A stretch of DNA of 64,000 bases. It comes from Trichoplax adhaerens (taxonomy: Eukaryota > Animalia > Placozoa). A program made the translations under genes and the position numbers. The stretch lies in assembly GCF_000150275.1 (NCBI RefSeq), contig NW_002060956.1, forward strand, positions 1,610,280-1,674,279. Direction: 5' to 3'. Positions 53,401 to 64,000 of this stretch are shown piece by piece; the stretch's first letter is position 1, and every line of letters starts with the position of its first letter. Under the pieces are notes generated by a model, which saw nothing but the letters and a program-made list of their open reading frames with translations, did no database searches and was not told where the DNA came from.

Positions 53401-56247
53401 GGACGACATCTTCGAGTTATAACAATTAAAGTATGTATATTAATTTATTTTTGATACTGTTAATATTGCGACTTACAGAAATTGGTAATATTAAACTTTG
53501 CTTAGATAATAGATGGTATCTAAGGGTGCGATAATCAACGCGTGGAATGATCCTGAATTTATAAACTGATATCAATAATATGTAAATTTAAAATGACTTT
53601 AATTTAATGTTGCAATATTTATCAATTAGGAACCTCCATTTGTCATGATAGATGATGAAACAGGGAAACCTGTAGGAGTTATGATCGAATTACTGAAAAA
53701 GTTAAGTTTGGAATTAGGCTTTACGTACACAATAGAGTACCAAGATGATGGTCAATATGGAAGAACAAATTTGACTGCTGATGGCTTACGAGGGACTCAT
53801 ATGATCGGTAAAATAGTACGAAGAGTAAGTTAAAAGCCTGAAATTAACTATATTTAGTGCTATAGCGATAGCTATCGTTCGGAATATTCTAGCTGCTAGT
53901 GCCGTTCGTAGAGATCTTTGATCGTATAGGAATTCACTATGATAACTTAAAATGACGTTACCCTATATAGACTGGGAATGCTATATAAGCTATGTTTTAT
54001 TCCAATAGTAATAAAAATTATGTCACTTAGGAAGTGGATCTTGCGCTTGTACCATTATCGATTACTGCAGAACTACAAGAACACATGGATTTTACAGTAT
54101 CTGTTATGGAAAAAGGCATAAAAATATTACTTAATAAACCAAAATATCAGCCAATATCGATTGATCAATGTTTTACTCCCTTAAAGCCAATGGTTTGGTT
54201 CATGATCGCGGCCGCGTTGCTGTTAGTATCTGTAACAGTTACTTTTCAACATTATTTTAACCCGGCCGAATATACGAATCAACATTTAGATTCATTAATA
54301 CCTGCAAGCTTTGACTATAGCCATCTACCCCCTGAAGAAGTCATTCACCAATGGGAAGATAGTTCTAAAGAAGTTTTACAAGCTTTAAACCTTGTCAATA
54401 GTATTTGGAATTCACTGGCTGCATTTTTACAACAAGGAAGCGACGTTACACCAAGGTCTTTTCCGTCACGATTAGTTACAGCAGTATGGTGGCTATCATG
54501 CACCATTATTATATCCACTTATACGGCCAATTTAGCAGCATTTCTGACGATCAATAGACTAACTCCAGGTGAATATTTGATTGCAGTAATGGCGCAAACA
54601 CCTGCATATATATATATCCACAATTAAAATTTTTTTTTTAATTCATTATATTAATTCATTGCTTAAATTAATTGCTCTGATAGATACATGATAGTTGTAG
54701 TAAGTAATCACTTTAAATATCGAGCTATCTAGGTTAAGTATTCTACCTATATAGCTATTGAAATTAGAATAAAGGCTTCCATTAGCAATAAATTTGATAC
54801 CATAGGGTAATCCTGTATGTGGAAATACACGTGAAAATGGCATAAACTAAAAAATAAATTTTTATTAAAATTTCTCGTTATTTTAAATTAATAGCGTTCT
54901 TTATCTTTGTTTTAGAAATTACCTCTTTAGTACAATTGTCTCAGCAGTACACAATAAAATATGGCGTCCTTAAAGAAGGAAGCACTAACAACTATTTTAA
55001 CACATTAAAGAGCTCGCCTTATGCCGATATGAAACCATACCTTCACTTGTTTAATAATATTACTGAGGGAATCAAGGCTGTTAAGCACGGTAAATTTGCT
55101 TTTATAGCTGATTCAACTATATTAAGCTATCATGTTGCTCGAGATTGTTCGATCATGACTGTTGGTGCAGAAGCTCTTATCGTGGGTCATGGTTTGGGTT
55201 TACCGCTTAATTCACCTTATACCAAGCAACTATCAGAAGCTATATTAAAGCTTCGAATGAATGGTTTTATAAAAGATAAATTAAAGATCTGGCTCAAGTA
55301 TGATCATTTGTACATGTAGCCGCTAGTGAATTTAAGTAGTTTAAATTCTGTAGTAATTTTGCATTTTTATTAAGTACCATAAAATTGCTTAGACATATCT
55401 TTACTTTCGAGAGAATATACATATACTAGTTGATATTTTTTCATATTAATGTAAATTCTTACAGATATATGCGAGCTGTGCTTTTAGCTAATAAAATTTA
55501 ATGTTATCTAGGAACCGGTCTAACCCAAAATTATGTCTTTCACCTAATTCGAACTCAAATTCTGGTTTCCAGACTATCGGGGTGGAACATTTGGCAGGTG
55601 TTTTTTTGCTAATTGGTAGTACAATCGTCGTGAGCTTTGCTATTTTAATGACGCAGTGGGTGTTCGTAGCTTACCAAGACGGCAAAAAAATTGCGCATCA
55701 TAATAGGCAACAAATGGTGAGTTAGTGTAATTATTGAAAAATGATATGTGATCGGTGTATTTTTGATTATATAGGACTAGTGTACCCAAGCGTATATAAA
55801 TACCGCTGAAGATGTCTAGTGCACCCATCGCTCAATTTGCTTGTGTACCTTACTTGTACTTTTTTACTAATAATATCTACTGTAATATGCACATACACAC
55901 AAACACACACACAAAATCTCTTTATATAATATAGATACCAGGTGCTTATGATTTGATATTACCAATATCATAATTGAAAAATATACCATAGTAATTATCA
56001 TGATACTAGTAAAATGCGATTGCAGTTGTCTTGAATGAAATGTTGATTAAATTAGCGATGTAATATAGCTTATGCTGTAATATATGAGTATCTGTGCTTA
56101 ACATTTGCTCTACAATGGTTTTAGAATTTTAAATACGTCTATCAAGCTCTTTATGGACGATTACATCTTATAATTAAGATCTTAAAATTACGATATATCC
56201 ATCATGGTGGCATTTTACGAAGTGAGAGTAATGGAATAAAAGTCTAA
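50497..56247 (+). CDS. Ionotropic glutamate receptor subunit, 14 exons, tandem paralog B with a degenerate ligand pocket
   Basis: Exons 50497-50584, 51105-51257, 51444-51710, 51854-51991, 52215-52339, 52524-52637, 52765-52926, 53064-53183, 53302-53430, 53630-53824, 54031-54568, 54916-55297, 55512-55716, 56125-56247. Near-identical exon layout to paralog A; AFLQQG, STYTANLAAFLT and LAGVFLLIG present; no internal stop seen. Confidence 0.94.
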
Positions 56248-56858
56248 GAGGAATATCATTATTCATATCATTTGCGCTGTTATGCAACAGAATTCGATAT
56301 TTGAGTCTCAATTAATGAAAGATTAGATGAAGTGAAAGTCAATATTAGAAACTAAAACATAGATCAAATGATTACGATAATTCACATATGCAGAATGTTA
56401 TAAATAAAATAAAAAATTAAGAGGATCAATATTCTTCTAGAAAACTAAATTGTCAATAAATTCACTTCTATTCATAGTAATTTATTATAGATCGTGAAGC
56501 AATGATGTAGGCAATTTTTTACTGATAAGCTGCAAACAAATTTATTGCTAAAGAAGTCTTATAATAGCAGTTAGCTTGATTTAAAAGTAATATAATACAA
56601 AATATATTAATAATTAATCGCTATTTCTAAAGAATACCATAATACCGTTGCAAGACACAAAGATTATTGATTTATAGTATGTCAAAGCTATGCTCCTTTT
56701 ATTATGTGATAGAGCAAATAATTGATGCATATTTAGTTTTAAAGATATTCAAATATTTGATTAAATACTATGCTTCTAGTCTACAGTTGCTGCCAACGTA
56801 TGGATTACTTTGTAGCTATTTACAATGATGTTCTACATTTAGCAGAATTAAAATGGAT

Positions 56859-59250
56859 TTATTCAACAACTTTGATCAAATGAGCTGATTTACTAATAGC
56901 TCCAGCTGTTTTTCTACTCTTACTATCGAGGGCCTTTTTAGATACAGCTGAACGTTTTTTGGATAATACGTCGCCATGTGGTGTAAGTATACTGTCACTA
57001 TGGCGTTCAACCTTAACTTTCGCTGCTGGGTTTGGTAGTTGATTTCGCGTCGCTAACGTAGCTTTTATCGTCGCTTTATTCTGGTTGTTAGTTTCTTTAC
57101 TACGGTTATTTAAGTCAGTCACTAAATGTGGTTGCGCTGGCACATCGTTTGGTTGATGTATTTGCAAAGTCTGATTCTGTGTCCATTGTGAGACACTGTC
57201 CATGAACTCTTTGCTTATAGCTATACCAGGTTGAACATTATCACGATCAGGAGAAGCTTCTTCTTCTGAAGCCATAGCTGCTTCTTGGAACATGGTCATT
57301 GCCTCTAAATTTAATGCACAAACGCCACGCATAAAAGCTTTTTTCATCGTTTCTTCATAATGTTGTCTTTCCTTTTGCATTCGAGCAATTTCAGCTCTAG
57401 AGTCTTCATATTTCCTAGATAGCTAAAATAAATAAATGTAATATTGAAAAATTTGACGTGAAATCTCTTTTTACTTGCGATACATCTGCATGATTGATAA
57501 AATCAGGCTACATCGATGGACATTGGTCTTACTGCGGCTAACTTTTGTTCATATTCTTCTGTTAAAGCCATACATACTTCTTGTGCCCTAGCCTGTCGAT
57601 TACATTAGTATTGAATTTATAAATGAACGATGTATTTGAATATGTCGGTGATTTATTAACAATATAAATACTGAGATCTACTTCAGTTATAAGTACCTGG
57701 CAAGACTTTTCTACTCGCTGTCTCCATTTAGCTTCTACAACTCCATGCCATGCAACCCATGCACGTCCCGCGATAGTTCGACGATAATGTTTAGTAGCTA
57801 ACTTAGTAGCAAATGCTTCGCGCTTTTTATCAAATAAGTGCAATTTCCATTTGCAAAATTGTTGAGATAATGCTAAGCGTTCACGCTGTGAGATGAGAGA
57901 AAGGAAATTGTTTTAATAGATATTTATTTTTGCGGTGATAGTTCTATGTACGATCTATACTTATAGTGTCTACTACATATTCTTTGATTGCTGAAGTCAT
58001 GCCACAATTTGATAAATTTTACTAAGGCTATAATTTTTATTCTTACTGACCTGTTTCTCTAATGCCTTGGTTAGATCGGATACAACACAGTCTTTTCTCT
58101 GTATTGAGTGTTCGTATGTGGATAATAATTCTTTTAAACTTTCAATCTCGCTGTTATATTTTTCTATTTCAATCACATGTCTGTTTGTAATTCAGATTAT
58201 TATATTAGTTAACTTTAACTAGAGAAATTATTTTATACTTAATTGTACGATTAAACTACGTATCATGAACGTTATATACCTTTCTTTTTCCTCTTTGATC
58301 AACTCTTTATACTTACTTATAAGTCCTAGTTTAGATTGAGTGAATTCAGCCTGGAAAGATAGGTAAAAATCTTAGAATTTACTAGGTAGACTTAATGAAA
58401 TATGCTCTAGCTTAAATGATTTATAAGATCAGTATGATAGCCTATTAATATTCGTACCAATATATTTCTTTTAAAGTCAAGACTCCAAGAATTCATTTGA
58501 TTTTCTAATCTAGCTAAATCTGCATCAATTGATGGTGATTGCGCTTGACTTAGATTAGATAGTATCGAATTCTGACTATTTTCGCTATCTTCATCGCTGA
58601 TTACTGTGACGAAACTCTTTTTAACACGTAAATTTTGTTCTAGAAGCAATAGAAATAATATTCCTCAGGCTTACATTCTTCGCAAATGTTATTGACAATT
58701 TCCTGTATGTTGCTATCGATCCATTTTTTAAATGGGGTAATTTTAAAATAAGCTTGATTTTTACCCTCGTCTTCATCTTCAGGATCTACGAAGTGGCGAA
58801 TAACAGTTTCTTTTGGTGATGTATGATACCGTATATTTGTCATCTTTTCTGCAAGATTACTCTTGTCTTCTTGCTTATCATCGCTAGCCAATAAAAATTA
58901 TGTGGTTAATCATCACTTGAACATAATATCTACCATTCATTTATCATAGGGTAAAACTGCATTGCCACGATAATAATTGAAATCGTACAGCATATAACAA
59001 ATTACTACGGAGTAGAGATGATAAACTTGTTGATATTTGAATATACAAAAAGACAGCTAGTATCCTATCTAGCATACATTAATCCGTTGCTTTTATGAAC
59101 TAACGGTACATTAGGGGTAACAACAGCATAGCGCAATAGTTCATCATATTCTTCTTGTAAGCGCGAAGAAACAGAACTTCCAGCACTATCTTCTGGTAGT
59201 AGAACGCTAGAAGATAGTTCATCGCTGCTATTTCCATCGGCAGCAGCCAT
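56859..59250 (-). CDS. POC5: Centrosomal/centriolar protein POC5, 8 exons
   Basis: Exons approx. 59078-59250, 58765-58883, 58458-58639, 58280-58350, 58051-58180, 57697-57885, 57533-57592, 56859-57422. N-terminal [22 protein letters not shown], Sfi1-like centrin-binding Trp repeats (FCKWK, AWVAWH) and the POC5 box [25 protein letters not shown]. Confidence 0.94.
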
Positions 59251-59273
59251 ATTTGAATCATTTAAACTTTAAC

Positions 59274-59328
59274 GATTGGCCCAAGCTAAGTCAACCGTTG
59301 CTATAGTATTTAGGTACTTAGTCACGTG
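59274..59328. promoter_or_regulatory. POC5 proximal promoter: CCAAT box (attgg), RFX half-site GTTGCTATAG, E-box CACGTG
   Basis: gattggc at ~59274, gttgctatag at 59297-59306 and tcacgtg at ~59322, all within 80 nt of the ATG. Confidence 0.45.
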
Positions 59329-59392
59329 TCTTAAGCCTAGTTAATTACCCGCGCAAAGTTCTCATCTATTGTTTATTTATACTGTACAAGTT

Positions 59393-60400
59393 GGAGGATT
59401 ACCTTGAGCTTTAGAATAGGAATAGAAATATTGGCATTATTTAGTGCTATATGATGCCTTATACTATAATTATACTCGATTTAAGGTGTATCTTGGCACT
59501 TTCTTGCCTCCGTATTCGTTAACGAAGTATCAAAAAATTGCTATATAGCTGCGATATAATTAGTATATTGCGGTAAAAACTAAATGTTCTAAGTACTACA
59601 ATTTTATAAAAGTATTTGTAGCGGCCTATATGGTTAGAATAAGTTTTACTAATAGGATTATCTTAAGCTTTAAAATAGGAACATTGGCATTGTTTAGTAC
59701 TATATAAAACTTTATACTATGACTGTACTCGATTCAGTACGTATCTGGATACTTTCTTGCCTCCGTACTCGTTCAAGAAGAATTAGCAAATTGCTATATA
59801 GCTGCGATATGATATATTGTGGCGATAACTAAATGTTCTGAGTACTATAATGCTATAAAAGTATTCGCTACAGCCTATATAGTTAGAATAAGTTTTACGA
59901 ATAGGAGGATTATCTAGAGCTTTAAAACGGGAATATTGGTTTCGTTTGGTACTATATAATACTTTACTTTATACTGTGACTATACTCGATTCAGTGCGTA
60001 TCTGGATACTTCCTTGCCTCCGTACTCTTTAAAGAAGTATTGGCAAATTGCTAAACAATTGAGATATAATCTATCATGGTAATATCTAAATGTTCTAAGC
60101 ACTTTAACGTTGTAAAGTATTCGTCACGGCTTATACAGTTAGAATATGTTTTACGAATTGGAGAATATTTTGAGCTTTAGAATAGAAATATTGGCATTGT
60201 TTTGTGCTACATGACACTTTATAATTTAATCACACTCAATTTAGTGTGTATCTAGACACTTACTTCCCTCTGTACTCATTAAAAAGTAATAAAAAATAGC
60301 CATACAACTGAGATACAATGTATCGCAGCAATAACCAAATGTTCTTAGTATTAAATTGCTATAAGAATATTCGTTGCAAGCTATACAGTTAGAAAAGTTG
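59393..60400. repeat. Diverged tandem repeat, 4 units of ~255 bp
   Basis: Units start near 59393, 59655, 59904 and 60160. Each has gagcttta(g/a)aa..aatattggcatt..tactcgatt..ttgcctccgta(c/t)tc..aaatgttct..agttagaa with substitutions and indels. Confidence 0.9.
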
Positions 60401-61457
60401 TATAATGTACTCGTAAGGTTAAATATTATGGGCAACCCGAAATTTAGTAGTATTCCGAACTGTTAGAATATACAGTAAGTGTGATCGCATTCCTCAACGT
60501 TGAATATATGCATTACAGCTAGGTTATTATTCTAGATTTTAATCTACCCTCAGGTTAGTTAGTGGTAGTGAAATAGTTGATCACATATATGATATCGTGC
60601 TTTTGCACAGTATAGGAGATATAAGGGCAGTACATGTAAGTCTTAAATACGAATGTAGCAGCGAAGCTATCATGACAAATGCTAATATTCATGCCGAGTA
60701 GTAAAAGCAACAAATCACTTAAATGTAGGGCAGAATGGACAACATTTTATGCAGAGGGTTGTACAATTTTGATTGGGTAGTACCTGGTATTATTGATTCT
60801 TATCCTGGCTTTGATTAATTAGTAAAGTAATCGATTAATTAAGCTAACCGTATCACGTAAATAACTAAGATGGTGACTGCCAAAGCTTAGAGCTATTACA
60901 GATTGTGCGGTGCAAGATAAGGATCGCACCCTATCTTGAGTACTATAATCTATCCCACTAATGTAGGGAAAGGTTAACAGTTTTTCCAGTAGCTTTAAAC
61001 ATGAATATAGCAGCTATATTGTCTTTCTTGACCGCAATTTTATTTCAGATTATTATCTATATTATTTGGTTCTACATTTGAGGTAGTAAATAGTATTAAA
61101 ACCTGTTAATATGTCTATTACAATACTCAATATGCTGAATAAAATTATGCCTTAAGTTATACGAACTTCACATGCGTATAACTATTCGTATTTATACTAT
61201 TGATATTCGTGGCAATGAAATAGTCTTGTTTCATTTTATCAATGAAATTTTTTCTTACTATTACTGTGAATCTTTACTAGCATGAGCATGCTATCTCTCC
61301 GTTCTTATAATTTTTTAAACTCTAGGAATTATTTACACTATGAACATCAAAACAATGTCTTATTAAACTTAAAACCTGATAATTTATTTTTTGTCTACAT
61401 TAGCGAATAAAAGCGTACTATGAGCACTCATATTCTATTTCTAAGTAATAAATACCT

Positions 61458-64000
61458 TTACAGCATATACACTACTTCATCCCGCTGCAGCTTTTCTCCG
61501 CTACTTATTTCTATATCAAGTGAATTATTATTCGATATTTCATCACTAACATTACTAGGTTCTAGAACTGAGGTTTTGTGATCTAGCTCGATATCTTTGT
61601 TAGAGGTTTGGATAGTAACTGGTATTTCATCAGCCTTCTGGCCATGGTTTTGCTGCTGTTTGTCATCGTGCTTTTCTATTAAGACGGAACTATCAGGGGA
61701 TGTTCTATAGTTTTCAATGCTGCTATGATCAATTTCGATTTTAGCGGAAGTCAAGTGTTCCTGTTCAGGGTTTTGATCGTCTGACTGATTAGCCTTATTT
61801 TTGTCTTCAGCAGAGCCTGCAAAATCCATTGCCTGTGGGTTGTTTATATTCATATTTTCTTTCTGTCCACTATCAATAGTATTGAAATTACTGGGATTAG
61901 CTTTCTCTAACAGAGAATTCACGGATAGTCGTTTTTTTCTCACGGCTGCTTTGCTATCTTCTTTCTTCTCTAATTCTTCTATCTCTTTTAATTCTTCTAA
62001 GTACTGAGTGCGTAATTTGCGCAAATATTTGTTACGAATTAATCGTACTGCTAAATGCCAGTGATTAAAAGCCTTCTTATTTTCAATCTTATAATTGGAT
62101 TGCTTTGGATTTTGCATGGAATATCTATCTTCTATCTCCGTTGCTAGAGATTTTAGACGATACTTAATTTAATATTTTAATCATTTTTCGTACAAAATGA
62201 TTGCAGTCTCACCTGAATGAGGAGTATCCATAGCAGCAACACATTGATCGAATTCCTTGTTTAGCAGAATTTCGCAAAATGTTATAAGGACTGGATGGCA
62301 ATGAAGATGTTCAACATATAAAAATCCTAAATAGCTATTGAATCCTAAATTGATTTTAAAGTTGAACGTGAGACTATTAGCAAAAGATGTTTATATTTAT
62401 TCGTAATTAAGGAGTTATTAACCTGAATCAAACATCTGAAATGGCATCATCAATAAACTGTAGTCCATTCTTGGTAATAATATTAATCCAAGTATAGCTG
62501 CTTTGCCAATACGAAATAAGCAGGAAAATAGACCACACATGACATTGTAGAAGAAAATAAAGTAGGCAAAGTTATGGAAAAGTCGCCTACAGAAAAGAGC
62601 GATTGATTATATGATGAGAATTCACAAATATGCTCTTTTTGGCCAAAAATTGAGATTGGAAATGAAGTACCTGTTGTTTATACCATATGCTTTACCATAT
62701 TCTAGGCTTAAGGCGTACTTACTAACCAAAAGCTGACTGAAGCTGACAATAAGCGCACAAGAAGCAATTGGTCTGTTTATAAATTTGTGAAATGAAAGTT
62801 AGCAATCGTTTTAGTAAGATTAGTAACGATATTGCTCTAATGATAATTAATAAGGTAATGAATTCTTTGCCTAACATTACAAATTCGAGAAACCAAGTAC
62901 TAGCAGTTCCCGCCAGTGGATGAATGATGCAATAAATGACAAACATGATTGTAAGGAAAATAATTATTTGGATGATGGCGAATGCTAAAGATGTATAAAG
63001 TAAATTTTAGTCTTCCAACCTTATCGCATCGTGATTATAAAAAAATTATAGATCAACAATATTTACCCCATATCATATAGGAAATTTGATAGCCACAGTA
63101 GCAAATACTTGATCTCTAAACGATCGTAATATAAAAGTTACAGACTTAAATGCTATTATTAGATAAAGAATAAATCGGAATATAAATATTGTAGACTTCA
63201 ATTCTATTTACTAGACAAGAAATTAATCAATAAGCGATGTTGAATGTAGAAAGATGTCATAAACTTACAAGAATACTGCCGAAAGAAGTAAAAGTGTCTA
63301 CTGGAAGCATTGTTTTATCACCTCGATATAATTTCAGTTTATTCGTTCTGTTTGAAGTATAAAAATTAAATGTGAACATAAAAAGCGCTCACAAATTATG
63401 AATAGCAATAGTCAGTTTTAATTCTTAAAGAAAAGGACGTATTACAATAGTTTCAGTGTCAAATATTAATATTTTTCATAGCTATAATTTCAAATTGACT
63501 TTTACAGTATTCTGTATATGGAGGATATTACTTTACCTGTAGCGTATAAACATGGAAATCAAATAAATAGTATTTAAACAGCAGGACAGAATAATCCCTA
63601 CTATCCATGCATCTATATTTAAAATAAATATGATTTATATATAGTTAACGACTGGAAAGAATTATTAATTCATTAAATGTATACGTATAATAACTTAGCA
63701 TCTTACGTTTGCCGTTATATACAAACTGTAGGCTGCTTGCGTCGGAGACATTAAGAAGCAGTCTTAGGCCACGTGCATTTCTTCGAACCCAAAGTTCCAT
63801 GGAACCAAAAATATTTGTTGTTATGTAACTATAAACCATTGTAAGCTGAATCATTTACAAAATGTTAGTTTTAATTATTTGCCTAAAAATTACGACAGTA
63901 TTATCAGCAAGTAATACATCGTCTGATTAGAAAAACTATCCAACCTCATAAAGAGCGATTGCAGTAACAACGAAAGTACAGATTATCTTGGGTGGATATT
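61458..64000 (-). CDS. STRA6 / STRA6-like (RBPR2) receptor family member, 5' end outside the window
   Basis: At least 10 exons (approx. 63945-64000, 63708-63846, 63537-63612, 63269-63347, 63067-63115, 62876-62984, 62671-62772, 62423-62586, 62213-62344, 61458-62143). Translation includes YPPKIICTFVVTAIALYE, KLYRGDK, YCGYQISYMIW, INNRRLFHNFAYFIFFYNVMCGLFSCLFR, RMDYSLL..FDSGFNSYLGFL, HPVLITFCEILL and NHWHLAVRLIRN, all matching STRA6-family motifs. Confidence 0.88.

Noticed and set aside
50497-56247. iGluR paralog B as a pseudogene
   Set aside because: All 14 exons have GT-AG sites and an open frame, and the channel core is well conserved.
59393-60400. CRISPR-like array
   Set aside because: The units are long, contiguous and diverged with no unique spacers, the context is eukaryotic, and there are no cas genes.
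62773-62880. Possible GC-AG or minor-class intron in the STRA6-like gene
   Set aside because: A canonical phase-2 donor AT|GTTAGG joins the CAG acceptor and restores the frame (FVIPIASCAL).

Overview
AT-rich eukaryotic genomic DNA with many short GT-AG introns. Gene content and architecture suggest a non-bilaterian animal, most likely a placozoan (Trichoplax-like); this is an inference and was not checked by a search. Gene models were spliced by hand. Left to right: a degraded death-domain-like fragment (+); PNO1 (-, 7 exons) head-to-head with ropporin-like ROPN1L (+, 6 exons); an intronless GT10 alpha-1,3-fucosyltransferase (+); an 18-exon PCSK7-type convertase (+) convergent with CPEB1 (-); a small 4-exon membrane protein resembling the KIAA1549/UPF0606 juxtamembrane module (-), of which the ORF track shows only one exon; three divergent bZIP genes with intronless CDS (one Maf-like, two CNC-like paralogs) in a gene-poor stretch; two tandem 14-exon ionotropic glutamate receptor genes (+); POC5 (-); a 4 x ~255 bp tandem repeat; and the 3' part of a STRA6/STRA6L-like receptor (-). 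Best leads: (1) an intact iGluR paralog that has lost the near-invariant ligand-carboxylate-binding Arg, next to a sister gene that keeps it; (2) the Maf/CNC-like cluster with rewritten basic regions; (3) a minimal KIAA1549-like receptor with an ITIM-like/Grb2-type tail; (4) a convertase ending in a hydrophobic tip with no cytosolic tail; (5) recurrent GTAC/TACAGTA tracts next to gene starts.
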